A stretch of 64,000 nucleotides of DNA, taken from positions 128,001 through 192,000 of the forward strand of contig CAVXVB010000008.1 in assembly GCA_963765205.1 (NCBI GenBank). Direction: 5' to 3'. The first letter of the stretch is position 1; every line of letters starts with the position of its first letter. Source of the DNA: an uncultured Verrucomicrobiae bacterium (GTDB taxonomy: Bacteria > Verrucomicrobiota > Verrucomicrobiia > Opitutales > JABDGR01). The translations under genes and the position numbers were made by a program. Below are positions 43,503 to 53,168 of this stretch, piece after piece. A model generated the notes under the pieces. It had not been told where the DNA came from and searched no databases. It saw only the letters and a list, made by a program, of their open reading frames with translations.

Positions 43503-43688
43503 GCGGTGCACCGCTGGAAAACGACACGGTCGGCCGTTTGTCATGCCATCAGAATGCAACCGTGCTGATGTTGCCTAGGGGCACGGGATTAACCGCACCC
43601 CTGACCCCGATCATGCGGCAGTAGCCGCAACCGACGACCAACGGAACCAAAAGCGAAAATTCTTAGAGCCGTTTTAGATTGAGACTTA

Positions 43689-44570
43689 GAGCTTATCCGT
43701 AAATAAAAGTTGTTCGTCTGTAAACAATAAGCGCGCTGGCGAGACAGAGCAAGGCTTCGTGGGAGGCGGCGGTTTTCTCAAACCGCACGAGGAGTTTGCG
43801 GTAGCGGTTGAGCCAGGAAGCGGTGCGTTCCACCACCCAGCGACGGGCTTGGCCGGTGGATCGGCGCGGGGCTGGTTTGGCTCCGCGGGCAGGCACATGC
43901 GGACGGTAGCCGTATTGGCGCATGGTGCGCAGGCCCGGTTTCCCCCAGTAACCCTTGTCGGCACACAAATGGGCCGTGCGCCGGTCGTGGCGCTGGCGCA
44001 ACGTGCGGCGCACCAGCGTCACGTCGTGTTCATTGGCCCCGGCGACGATGAGCGACAGCGGGACGCCACGGGCGTCCACCAGCACGCTGCGCTTGCTCCC
44101 ATTTTTTTCCCCGGTCGGTGGGGTTGGCTCCCACCGCTTCGCGCGCCAGAGGGGCCTTGACCAGGGAGCCATCGATGCTTTGCCACCGCCACGCGATGCC
44201 CTCCAATTCATCGTAGTCGGCCAGACCGGCCCGCCACAACGCCTCGAAGAATCCGGCGGCGTGCCACTGCTGAAAGTATTTGTGCACGGAACTGGCGCTG
44301 CCATACCGGGCCTTGGACAGCGCTTTCCACTGGCAACCCGTGCGCAGCACGTAAACCACCGCCTCGAAGATGCGTCGAGGCGCGAGGGCCTTGCGGCCCG
44401 CGCCTGCGGCGCGACGGTAGCGCCCGCCCGCCTTCCGGCCGGCGCGCGCGGGAACCAAAGGCTCGACTTTGGCCCAGAATTCATCAGAGATTTCCCAGGA
44501 GGATAGTCGCGGCATCCCCGCAGTTTATCCCGCCGCCTTCTCAACGCAATCCTTATTTACGGATAAGCTC
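43689..44570 (-). mobile_element. IS5-family insertion sequence (IS427-like), 882 bp
   Basis: Perfect terminal IR GAGCTTATCCGTAAATAA (43689-43706 / 44553-44570), TA duplication, transposase inside. Confidence 0.93.
43693..44515 (-). CDS. IS5 transposase in two ORFs joined at an A7 slippery site near 44105
   Basis: LRTGCQW, WQSIDG, NPTDRGK | GSKRSVLVDARGVPL, ADKGY, RWVVERT. Confidence 0.9.
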
Positions 44571-44598
44571 TAAGCTTCTGCTGGAGGATACTCAATTC

Positions 44599-44982
44599 AT
44601 GGGTTTGATCTACACGAGCATCACTTTAAAAAATCCAAGTGCGACCGGCTTGGAACCCGTGCGGGCGCTGGTGGACACTGGCGCCATCACGATGTGCGTG
44701 CCGCCGCACGTCGCCCTGCAACTGCAATTGCAGGAAGTGGAGCAGCGCGAAGCCACGGTGGCCGATGGCCGGCGGCAACTGGTGCCCTACGCCGGCCCCT
44801 TGCACGTCTTTTTCCAGAATCGCAGCAGTTTTGGCGGCGCGTTGATTTTCGGCGACGAAGTTGTCTTGGGCGCCATTCCGATGGAGGACATGGATTTGGT
44901 CATCAACCCCGCCCGGAAAATCGTGATGGTCAATCCGGAAAGCCCGAATTTCCCGATGGCCATCGTCAAGCGGTCAGAATGA
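44599..44982 (+). CDS. clan AA aspartic protease (AF_0612-like)
   Basis: ALVDTGA, ADG, LGAIPMEDMDLVINP. Confidence 0.87.
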   Translation: MGLIYTSITLKNPSATGLEPVRALVDTGAITMCVPPHVALQLQLQEVEQREATVADGRRQLVPYAGPLHVFFQNRSSFGGALIFGDEVVLGAIPMEDMDLVINPARKIVMVNPESPNFPMAIVKRSE

Positions 44983-45036
44983 GGGTCTGTTTTCGCCGTT
45001 GCCAAGTGCCCCCGGTGTGTCTAGCACTAACGTTTC

Positions 45037-45921
45037 ATGCGACGCATTTTCCTTCAGAGCATTGCCGCCGTCCTCGCCACTTTGGGCCTGGCCGCCTGCA
45101 CGGCCGTGCCCGCGCAGCAGAAAGTCACCCTCAATATTGCCGCGACGGACAATTTCAAACCGATTTTAGAGCAGCTCGCGCAATCCTACCACGCGCGCCA
45201 GACGTGGGTGGACCTGCGACTAGTGACCGCCAACACCGCGCGCCTGGAGCAGGACTTCAAGGACGGCGCAGCCTACAACGTCTACATCACCTCAAACCGC
45301 GCCAGTCTCGCGGCCCTGGCGAGCAAGGACGCCGTCAACCCGCGCAGTTTGCTGGTGCTCGCCTACAACCAGCTGGTGCTGGTGGCCCCGGCGGATACCT
45401 CCCTGCGCCTGGATTACCAGCATCCCCTCTATATTCTGGCCACGCCCGACGTGCGGCAAATCGCGGTGGCCAGCCCGGACTTGATGCTGGGGCACCTCAC
45501 GCGCGAAGCCTTGATGAATTTGCACTACCTGCCCACCCACCAGGCCCAGCCCTTGGTGCCGGATAACGGCACCCCCACGGCGCCCACCCCAGCAACGCCA
45601 TCGCTGCTTCCGGCGCTTGAACCCACCACCAACCTCGAGCCCAAGCTGCTGGTTGTGAACAGCGAGGCCGACGTCATCGCCGCCGTCGAGGACGGGCGCG
45701 CGCAAGCGGGCATCACCTATTCCAGCTACGCTTTCGCCGACAAGAAAGTGCGCATTCTGCTGCCGGTGCAGGACGACTCGGGTGCGGCGCCCTACGCGCC
45801 CATCGAATACGACGCGGGCATCCCCCGCAATGCCCCGCACAATGACGAGGCCTGGAACTTCCTGGATTATCTGCGCAGCGCCGAAGCCCACGCCATCATG
45901 CAGCGCAGCGGGTTGTTATAA
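45037..45921 (+). CDS. ModA-like ABC substrate-binding lipoprotein
   Basis: LAAC lipobox; LNIAA, NQLVLVAP, GITYSS, PIEY, FLDYLRS.EA..I. Confidence 0.72.
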   Translation: MRRIFLQSIAAVLATLGLAACTAVPAQQKVTLNIAATDNFKPILEQLAQSYHARQTWVDLRLVTANTARLEQDFKDGAAYNVYITSNRASLAALASKDAVNPRSLLVLAYNQLVLVAPADTSLRLDYQHPLYILATPDVRQIAVASPDLMLGHLTREALMNLHYLPTHQAQPLVPDNGTPTAPTPATPSLLPALEPTTNLEPKLLVVNSEADVIAAVEDGRAQAGITYSSYAFADKKVRILLPVQDDSGAAPYAPIEYDAGIPRNAPHNDEAWNFLDYLRSAEAHAIMQRSGLL

Positions 45922-45958
45922 TGGTTCTCCCACCACGGCAACGTAATGGGTTTGGATT

Positions 45959-46345
45959 TTATTTGGACGCGGGTAGCGGAGCCTCGCCCAGCAATTGCCG
46001 CACCCGCTCAAGCAGCAGCGTGGGGCTGAAAGGCTTGGTGTAAACATTCCGGGCGCCGGCGGCGAGCAAATCATCTTGCGTGCTACCCCGGCCTTCGCTG
46101 GTGACAATCACCACTGGCAAGCCCGCCAACGCGGGATCCGCCCGGAAATCCCCCAACAATTCCAGCCCCGTGCGGCCGGGCAACATCACGTCGAGGATGG
46201 CCAGATCGGGTTGTTCCATCCGCGCGCAAGCGCAGACGGACGGGCCATCGCGGCAGATGGCCATGGCGTAACCCGCCCGGCGCAGGTTGAACTCGAGCAG
46301 CTTCACCATCATGGGGTCGTCATCGGCGATAAGAATTTTTTTCAT
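45959..46345 (-). CDS. single-domain response regulator
   Basis: ILIADDD, LDVMLP, KPF. Confidence 0.92.
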   Translation of the reverse strand: MKKILIADDDPMMVKLLEFNLRRAGYAMAICRDGPSVCACARMEQPDLAILDVMLPGRTGLELLGDFRADPALAGLPVVIVTSEGRGSTQDDLLAAGARNVYTKPFSPTLLLERVRQLLGEAPLPASK

Positions 46346-46363
46346 GAATAAATCATAGTCAAA

Positions 46364-48061
46364 TCAGGCGCCGCATTCCCAGACGAGCAAGGTCTGGTCG
46401 TCGCGCGGGTCGGTTTCGTGGGGGTGGGCGGCGCGAATGCGTTGCTGGATGGCGTCCCAGAGGGCCTCGCCGCCTTCCGCGCGCCGGGCGCGCAACAAAT
46501 CCGCCAAGCGCTTCCAGGCTCCCACGGAGTCGGCTCTCGTTTCCCATTCATACAGTCCGTCCGTGACCAAAACGATTTGATCGCCCGGCGCCAGCACCTG
46601 CTCTTCGACGCGATAGTGGAGGTCGCCATACAAACCCAGCGGCGGGCCGGACGGGGCAAATTCGCGGGCCGGGCCGTGCGCACCCGGCCCCAGCCACAGC
46701 ACCGGACAATGGCCGGCATTGACGATAAGGGCCCGGTCGCGCGGCGGCGTGAGGTAAACGAGCGCGCTAGTGGCAAAGAGGGTGAGTTCGCCGGTCTGGC
46801 GGCACAAGACCCGGTTGAGGTCTTCCAGCAACTGACCGACGGGCAGGCCCATGTCGCAGTGCATGCGCAAGGCGGTGCGCACCATGCCGGCAAAGAGCGC
46901 GGCGGACATGCCTTTGCCCATCACATCCACCATCGCCAGCAACAGCCCGCCGTCGGGCATCGGGCAAATATCCACGTAATCGCCGGCCACGGTGCGGGCG
47001 TTGCGGCGGCAAACCACCGCGCGACCGCCGGGGTAGGTCGAGGAGGCGGGCAACGGCAGGAGGTCATTCTGCATGGTTGCGGCAATCTCGATTTCGCGCC
47101 AGGCCTGCTGCTCGCGTTCGCGCACCAAGGCATGGTTGGCATTGGCCAGCGCGATGCCAAACAGGTCGGCATAAGTGCGCACTGTGCTCAATTCCGAGGC
47201 CAGGAGATACGGCTGGCGCCGGCGGGCCAGAGTCAGCGCGCCGAGCGTCAGCCCGCCGGCGCGTAACGGGACGCAAAACCCGCAGTCAAAAGCGCCCCAG
47301 ACCGGATCGGGGGTGATTTCCGCGGCCTTTTGCCAGACCACCTCATGGCCGTTGCGCAAGACGCGGTCGGCCAGCGCATCCGCGGGGTTGGCTCCGGCGG
47401 CAAAGGGTAATTGGGCGAGTTCGTCGCGCAATTCGGATTGCAGATCAGGCTGGAAATGCAGGCTGAGCCGGTTATGCGGCACGACTTTGGCGATGTCGCC
47501 GACGGCTTGTTTGAAAAACTCCGGGAGCCGGGCGGCGGCAATCAACGCATCACCCAGGCGGTAAAACGCCGCCAGGCTTTCATAGCATTGCGAAATTTCC
47601 GCCAGCGCCGATTGCAACAGGTCTTCCGCGGAACCTCCGGGTATGGAAAGGCCCGCCGCCGCCCGCCACATAACCAGGCGAAAACCGCCCGGCCCCTGCC
47701 ATTGTTCCACCCGGTCGCAGGATTCCTGGATGAGAAACAGACCGCGGCCGGAAGTTTGCAACGGGTCCAGCGGCAGGCCCGCCTGCAACTGGCCAGGCTG
47801 GAGCCCCGGCCCCGAATCGGCCACTTCCAGGCCTATACGCCCGTCGCCCGCCGACCAGGCGACTTCAATTTCCCGGCGTGCATCTTGTTGGCTGCCATGG
47901 ACCACGGCGTTGGTTGCGGCTTCAGCAAAGACCAATTCCCAACGCGAAATCTCATCTATTGACACGCCGGCCTGGCGCAGGAACACGCTGAAAGCCAGGC
48001 GCAACTCCTCCAGCCGCTTTAAATCGGCGGGTATGCGGAGACGCTGGCCGAAATAGTCCAT
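46364..48061 (-). CDS. RsbW-like HATPase, GAF and SpoIIE/PP2C phosphatase fusion
   Basis: EAATNAVVHG, VADSGPG, GRGLFLI; VAGDY, DVMGKG, NAGH, VTDGLYE, DDQT. Confidence 0.88.
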   Translation of the reverse strand: MDYFGQRLRIPADLKRLEELRLAFSVFLRQAGVSIDEISRWELVFAEAATNAVVHGSQQDARREIEVAWSAGDGRIGLEVADSGPGLQPGQLQAGLPLDPLQTSGRGLFLIQESCDRVEQWQGPGGFRLVMWRAAAGLSIPGGSAEDLLQSALAEISQCYESLAAFYRLGDALIAAARLPEFFKQAVGDIAKVVPHNRLSLHFQPDLQSELRDELAQLPFAAGANPADALADRVLRNGHEVVWQKAAEITPDPVWGAFDCGFCVPLRAGGLTLGALTLARRRQPYLLASELSTVRTYADLFGIALANANHALVREREQQAWREIEIAATMQNDLLPLPASSTYPGGRAVVCRRNARTVAGDYVDICPMPDGGLLLAMVDVMGKGMSAALFAGMVRTALRMHCDMGLPVGQLLEDLNRVLCRQTGELTLFATSALVYLTPPRDRALIVNAGHCPVLWLGPGAHGPAREFAPSGPPLGLYGDLHYRVEEQVLAPGDQIVLVTDGLYEWETRADSVGAWKRLADLLRARRAEGGEALWDAIQQRIRAAHPHETDPRDDQTLLVWECGA

Positions 48062-48423
48062 GGGCAAAGTTGGGCGGGCACGCGTTGCGGTTCTGCCCAC
48101 CCGCGCAGGCAGAGATAACGTTCCCGTAATGTAATTGTCCACAATTAAGGTGGGGTAAAATGCATGAAAAAGCCAGCGCCCAATCCCTGTAACTTAAAGA
48201 TTGGCCATTATTTCGCCTTATCGTTCGAGTTTACGATTTCTTAAGCACCATGTAAACTGGTCATTACCCTCCAGCGTCATCCGCTTAGGGTGTTTCCCCC
48301 GGCTGGCCTACTGAATTGCGGGAACGAATTTCAGCAATTATTCCTGTGGCGGCTCAGGTTGTGAAAAGAAAGATTGCGGCGACGTTAGTAATTATGCCAT
48401 TAACCAAGTGCTCCTTCCATTTT

Positions 48424-48738
48424 ATGTCGCTTTTCCGCTTCGAGCACCGACCCGAACGCAAGGAATTGCTCGTCATCATTGCGACGCCGCAATTTACGGC
48501 CGCCACCGTGCCGGAATTTAAAGCGGCGTTTGAGAGTGCCTGGAAGCCGGACATTACCCGCGTGGTGCTCGACCTTTCCGCCGTCGAATTCATGGACAGT
48601 TCGGGCGTCGGCGCCCTGCTCAGCGTCCAAAAGCGTTTGTCCACCCAAGGCGAACCGGTGACCCTCAAAGGCGCGCGCGCGGCGGTTGTTGGCGTCATCG
48701 AACTGCTGCGCCTGCAACGGGTGTTTAAGATGGAGTAA
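48424..48738 (+). CDS. STAS-domain anti-sigma antagonist (RsbV/SpoIIAA-like)
   Basis: VVLDLSAVEFMDSSGVGAL. Confidence 0.9.
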   Translation: MSLFRFEHRPERKELLVIIATPQFTAATVPEFKAAFESAWKPDITRVVLDLSAVEFMDSSGVGALLSVQKRLSTQGEPVTLKGARAAVVGVIELLRLQRVFKME

Positions 48739-48760
48739 AGATGGTTTCGCCGGCGATCTT

Positions 48761-49789
48761 TCACACCCAGGCGAGGTTGCGTGCGTAGCCGGACGTCATC
48801 CACGCTTCGCACGCGGTCAGATCCACCACGCACAATCGGTGCAGGCGCGGGAGGGTCGAAGATTGCGCCGCCGCCGCCGGGTCTATTTTCAGCATTCTCG
48901 TCAAGGGCAGCGCAAGCAACCGGCCTTCGGCATCGAGGGTGAGGGGGCGCGCGTAGTTGATCTCGGTGTAAGGGTTGCCAACGATACGCAAGAGGCGCCG
49001 CTCCGCACCGGTCGCGCAGTCAAGGTGGAAGAGGTCGGAGCTGCTTTCCGAAAACCAGCAGCCCGCGCCGTCGGGCGTCCAGCGCGGATACTGGCCGCGC
49101 TCGCGCAGGCACTGGCACGAGCCGGTTTCGAGGTTCCACAGCCAGATGCCGTCGCCACCGAGGAGGGCCAGCGGCTTGTGCGGATGCAAGTCGCCGCCCC
49201 GGCCCAACGGCCCGCCCGGTGGGAGAATCCGTTCCTGCCGCCCAGTGAAGGTCACCAATTGCGTGCCTTCGACCCCATAAAAAATTATCCAGCGCCGACG
49301 CGGGCACCAAGCGAGCGGCGCAAAGGCGTCGCGCGGCAGGGCAATCAAGTGCAATGCGCCCTGGCGCAGGTCAATCACGGCCAGATGATGGCGGATATGA
49401 ATGGCCCGCAAACGCGTGTCCGTCGCCACCAGCGCCAGGAGCGCATTGGCCTCGACCCAATGGCCCAGCAGCCAAATGGCCCATTGGTGCAGCCCGAGGC
49501 GGATGAGGCGGCGGCTCTGGCCCGTGGCGAGGTCGAATTCGCGAATCTCACTGAAATCGCGCACGCCCAGGCGAAGCTGGCAGCAATAGGCCCAGGCCAG
49601 CCCGCGCGCGGCATCCACCGCCAGCGGGCAATCCACGCCCCCCAAGTGGCCCAGCGCGCGCGGCGCGGCAAAGTCGGTCTCCGCCAGTTGGCACTCGCCG
49701 CCATCCTCCCAGAGCAGCCGTCGGCCGCAGGCGCGCGGCGCCACCTCGCGAAATCCTTGCGCCATCTGGAGCTTCAACGGCAGCGACAT
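48761..49789 (-). CDS. hypothetical TolB/WD40-like beta-propeller protein
   Basis: DLATG, NLETG, YPRWTPDG blade-like motifs. Confidence 0.6.
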   Translation of the reverse strand: MSLPLKLQMAQGFREVAPRACGRRLLWEDGGECQLAETDFAAPRALGHLGGVDCPLAVDAARGLAWAYCCQLRLGVRDFSEIREFDLATGQSRRLIRLGLHQWAIWLLGHWVEANALLALVATDTRLRAIHIRHHLAVIDLRQGALHLIALPRDAFAPLAWCPRRRWIIFYGVEGTQLVTFTGRQERILPPGGPLGRGGDLHPHKPLALLGGDGIWLWNLETGSCQCLRERGQYPRWTPDGAGCWFSESSSDLFHLDCATGAERRLLRIVGNPYTEINYARPLTLDAEGRLLALPLTRMLKIDPAAAAQSSTLPRLHRLCVVDLTACEAWMTSGYARNLAWV

Positions 49790-49809
49790 GGGGTTTCCGG
49801 AGGTTTTTT

Positions 49810-49895
49810 TTTTGACAGAATTAACAGAATTTACAGAATTATCCTTAATAATCATCCCAAGACTAATTTTGTTAATTCCGTTAATTCTGTCAAAA
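49810..49895. repeat. Inverted 9-mer element (ACAGAATTA x3)
   Basis: Arms 49810-49841 and 49864-49895 are near-perfect reverse complements. Confidence 0.88.
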
Positions 49896-49909
49896 GCCTG
49901 GGTGCCCCT

Positions 49910-50371
49910 TTACTCCTGCAGCTCGGCCACGCACTGGATTTCCACGGCGGCGTTTTTGGGCAGGCCGGCAACCGCGACTGCCGCCCGCGCGTGCCGCCCG
50001 CGGTCGCCAAAAACTTTCACCAGCAAATCCGATGCGCCATTGAGGACGGCCGGGCTGTCCGCAAACCCCGCCACGGCGTTGACGAAGCCATTAACCAGCA
50101 CGAAGCGCTCAAGGTTCTCGAGCGAGCCGGCGGCCGCCTTGAGCGCCGCAAGGGTGTTGAGCGCGCACACTTGCGCCGCGGCATAACCGGCGGCCACGTC
50201 CAAATCACGCCCAACCTGCCCGGCGTGGGTGAGGACGCCGTCGCGCACCGGGAGCGTGCCCGCGAGGAACACCAGCCGCCCGCTGCGCACGGCCGGCAGA
50301 TAATTGCCCGCCGGGGCGGGCGCCGGCGGCAGCTTGAAACCCAGGTCTGTGAGATTTTTTTCGTAGTGCAT
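49910..50371 (-). CDS. RidA/YjgF family protein
   Basis: PAPAGNY, NGASDLL..VFG..GRHARAAV...LP...AVEI. Confidence 0.92.
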   Translation of the reverse strand: MHYEKNLTDLGFKLPPAPAPAGNYLPAVRSGRLVFLAGTLPVRDGVLTHAGQVGRDLDVAAGYAAAQVCALNTLAALKAAAGSLENLERFVLVNGFVNAVAGFADSPAVLNGASDLLVKVFGDRGRHARAAVAVAGLPKNAAVEIQCVAELQE

Positions 50372-50386
50372 GGAGTTAAATCCGGT

Positions 50387-50444
50387 ATTTCAGATTCCAA
50401 ATTTCAGATTTGAGATTTGAATTCTGCGATCTTAAATTTGAAAT
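50387..50444. repeat. 7-mer element (ATTTSAR) with a short inverted arm
   Basis: atttcag attccaa atttcag atttgag atttgaa ... atcttaa atttgaaat. Confidence 0.65.
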
Positions 50445-51406
50445 CAATTGACGACGTTTTGCGGCCTGCCTGCCAGACAGGCACGAATATTAGCCAGCGT
50501 GATGCCGAGCAGCCGGCGGCGCGCCTCCTCGCTGGCCCACGCCAGGTGCGGCGTGATGACGCAGTTGGGCAGACCGAGCAGGGGGCAATCGGCGCGCATC
50601 GGCTCCTGCGCCACCACGTCCAGCGCCGCGGCGCCGGGCCGGCCCGCACGCAACGCCGCCGCCAACGCGGCCTCATCCACCAGCCCGCCGCGCGCGGTAT
50701 TGACGAAGAGTGCGCCGGGCTCCATACGCGCGAGCAGCGCCGCGTTGACGAAGCGGGTGTTCTCCGGCGTCTGCGGGCAATGGAGCGAAACAATGTCCGC
50801 CCGCTCGAAAATTTCACCGATGTCGGCCCAGGCGAACGGTTGCCAGTCCGGCGGATTATGCCGGCGGCGAGCATAGGCGAGCACCTGGGCGCCGAGCGCG
50901 TGCGAAGTCGCACCCACTTGTGCGCCAATGGCGCCAAAACCGATGAGACCGACCGTGCGCCCGGCCAGCTCGCGCAGCGGCGTCTTCCAATATGAAAACC
51001 GCGGGCTGCGCACCCAGTCGCCCGCGCGCACGGACTGGTCGTGCAGCGCAACGTGGTTGCTCCATTCGAGCATCAGCGCGACCGCGTGCTGGGCGACGGA
51101 CGCGGTGCTGTAGTCCGGCGCATTGCAAACCGTCACCCCGCGCGCGCGCGCCGCCTTTGCGTCTATGATGTTGAAGCCCGTGGCCAGCACCGCGATGAGC
51201 CGCAAGTCCGGCAGCGCGGCGAGCGTGGCCGCGTCGAGCGGCACTTTGTTCGTGAGCACAATTTGCGCGCCAACGCAATTTTGCCGGATGGCGGCCGGGT
51301 CGTTCGGCGTGAGCGGATGCAGCACCAACTCCCCCAGCGCGCGGAAGCCGGCCCAGGCGTCGTCGGGAAAATCGAGGGTGGCCGCGTCGAGGACGGCGAT
51401 TTTCAT
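50444..51406 (-). CDS. D-2-hydroxyacid dehydrogenase (glycerate dehydrogenase/HprA-like)
   Basis: TNKV, ATGFN, GFGAIG, SLHCP, NTARG, TPHLAWAS. Confidence 0.92.
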   Translation of the reverse strand: MKIAVLDAATLDFPDDAWAGFRALGELVLHPLTPNDPAAIRQNCVGAQIVLTNKVPLDAATLAALPDLRLIAVLATGFNIIDAKAARARGVTVCNAPDYSTASVAQHAVALMLEWSNHVALHDQSVRAGDWVRSPRFSYWKTPLRELAGRTVGLIGFGAIGAQVGATSHALGAQVLAYARRRHNPPDWQPFAWADIGEIFERADIVSLHCPQTPENTRFVNAALLARMEPGALFVNTARGGLVDEAALAAALRAGRPGAAALDVVAQEPMRADCPLLGLPNCVITPHLAWASEEARRRLLGITLANIRACLAGRPQNVVN

Positions 51407-51548
51407 TCCCCAGCATCGCGCGGCGTCCGCGTGGTGGCAAGCTTTTGGCGCACGGCCGGACGTATTTTCGTAGCGCTGAGCTTCAGCCAGCGCTACGAAG
51501 CGAACCCTCGCCGCAAAATGCGCCGCGCCAAAACCCCGCCGCATTTTT

Positions 51549-51586
51549 AACTCGAAACCCACAACTCGAAACTCGAAACTAACCCC
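51549..51586. repeat. Solo 7-mer arm (CTCGAAA) ending AACTAACCCC-ATG
   Basis: Near-identical to the arm before tgt (10113-10149). Confidence 0.8.
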
Positions 51587-52378
51587 ATGACCGCATCCCG
51601 ACCCGCCAGCGTCGCGCTGGAAGCCGTGGGCAAACGGTTCAACGACGGGCCGGAGGTGCTGGCCAGCGTCACGCTGACGGCGCGGCCCGGGGATTTCATC
51701 GCGCTCATTGGCCCGAGCGGCTGCGGCAAAACCACCCTGCTGCGCCTGCTCGCGGGATTGACACTGCCTAGCGCGGGCGCAATCACCCTCGACGGCGTCA
51801 TCCCGACGGAGGCGCGCGGGCACCTCTCGTTTATTTTTCAAGAGCCGACGCTGCTGCCCTGGCTAACGGCGCAGCACAATGTCGAGCTGCCGCTGCGTTT
51901 GCGCGGCGAACCGGGCGCGCCGCGCCAAGAACGGGCGCTCGAACTGCTGAAGCTCGTGGGCCTGGAAGCGGCGGCGGCGCAATTTCCACGGCAGCTTTCC
52001 GGCGGGATGAAGATGCGCGTGTCGCTAGCCCGCGCACTAACGCGCCAACCGGGTTTGCTGTTGCTCGACGAGCCGTTCGGCGCACTCGACGAATTAACGC
52101 GCAACCGCCTCAACGAAGACCTGCTGCGCCTACGCGAGCGCGCGCCGTTCACGGCGTTTTTCGTCACCCATTCGGTGAGCGAGGCGGTGTTTTTGAGCAA
52201 CCGGATTTTTGTCCTCGCGGCCAATCCCGGGCGCGTGGCGGCGGAGATCGTCGCGCCGTTCCCCTACCCGCGCACGGCGGAACTGCGCGAAACGCCGGAA
52301 TACCTGCAACTCGTCGCGCGCGTCACCGCCACGTTGCGGGCAAGCGGCTCGCCAACCGCAAACAAAATTGCGCCATGA
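51587..52378 (+). CDS. NitT/TauT family ABC ATP-binding protein
   Basis: GPSGCGKT, LSGGM, LLDEPFGALD, VTH. Confidence 0.93.
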   Translation: MTASRPASVALEAVGKRFNDGPEVLASVTLTARPGDFIALIGPSGCGKTTLLRLLAGLTLPSAGAITLDGVIPTEARGHLSFIFQEPTLLPWLTAQHNVELPLRLRGEPGAPRQERALELLKLVGLEAAAAQFPRQLSGGMKMRVSLARALTRQPGLLLLDEPFGALDELTRNRLNEDLLRLRERAPFTAFFVTHSVSEAVFLSNRIFVLAANPGRVAAEIVAPFPYPRTAELRETPEYLQLVARVTATLRASGSPTANKIAP

Positions 52379-53163
52379 ACTCATCCACGAAAAAAAGCCC
52401 GCTGTGGTTGCCGCCGTTGCTGGCCGGGGCGGGGCTGCTGGCGTTGTGGTATGGGGCCATCGCGGCGTTCCGCATCCCGACCTATTTGCTGCCCGCGCCC
52501 CATGAGATTCTACAGGCGCTGTGGCGTGAGCGCGCGTCGTTGTTACCGGCGGCACTGCGCACGGGCGGCTCGGCGTTGGCGGGTTTTTTGGCCGCGGTGG
52601 TGGGCGGCGCGGTGGTGGCGGTGACGCTGGCCAGCTCGCGGCAGGTCAAGGCCGCGCTGCTGCCGTGGGTATTGGTGGTGCAAATGGTGCCGGTGGTGGT
52701 GCTGGTGCCGATCTTTGTCATCTGGTGGGGCGCGGGCCTGCCGAGCATCGTGGCGATTGCCTTTGTGATTTCCTTTTTTCCCGTCGTCGCGAGCACAACT
52801 CTGGGCCTGGTTTCGACCGACCGCGGGCTGCTCGATTTGTTCACGGTGCTGCAAGCGAGCAAGGCGCAGGAAATTTTCCTGCTGCGGCTGCCTTACGCGT
52901 TGCCCTACTTTCTCTCGGGGGTGAAAATTGCCGCGACACTCGCGCCCATTGGGGCGATTTCCGGCGAATTCCTCGCCGGGACGACGCCCGACAGCCTCGG
53001 CTACCTGCTGCTGATTTACCGCAGCGATCCGGGCAAAATGCCCGAGGTGTTTGCGATTGCACTGGTCACCTGCGCGCTGGGATTTTTATTTGTCGGCGCG
53101 GTGCGGTTGCTGAGCGGGCGGCTGCTGCGCCACTGGCACGAATCGGAACGGCGCGGCGAGTAG
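52375..53163 (+). CDS. NitT/TauT family ABC permease
   Basis: LLPAP, FFPVV..T..GL, LRLPYALP, GAISGEF. Confidence 0.9.
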   Translation: MNSSTKKSPLWLPPLLAGAGLLALWYGAIAAFRIPTYLLPAPHEILQALWRERASLLPAALRTGGSALAGFLAAVVGGAVVAVTLASSRQVKAALLPWVLVVQMVPVVVLVPIFVIWWGAGLPSIVAIAFVISFFPVVASTTLGLVSTDRGLLDLFTVLQASKAQEIFLLRLPYALPYFLSGVKIAATLAPIGAISGEFLAGTTPDSLGYLLLIYRSDPGKMPEVFAIALVTCALGFLFVGAVRLLSGRLLRHWHESERRGE

Positions 53164-53168
53164 CGGCT

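Noticed and set aside
43576..43645. REP-like hairpin TAGGGGCACGG...CCGCACCCCT
   Set aside because: Single imperfect copy, with no RAYT gene in the window.
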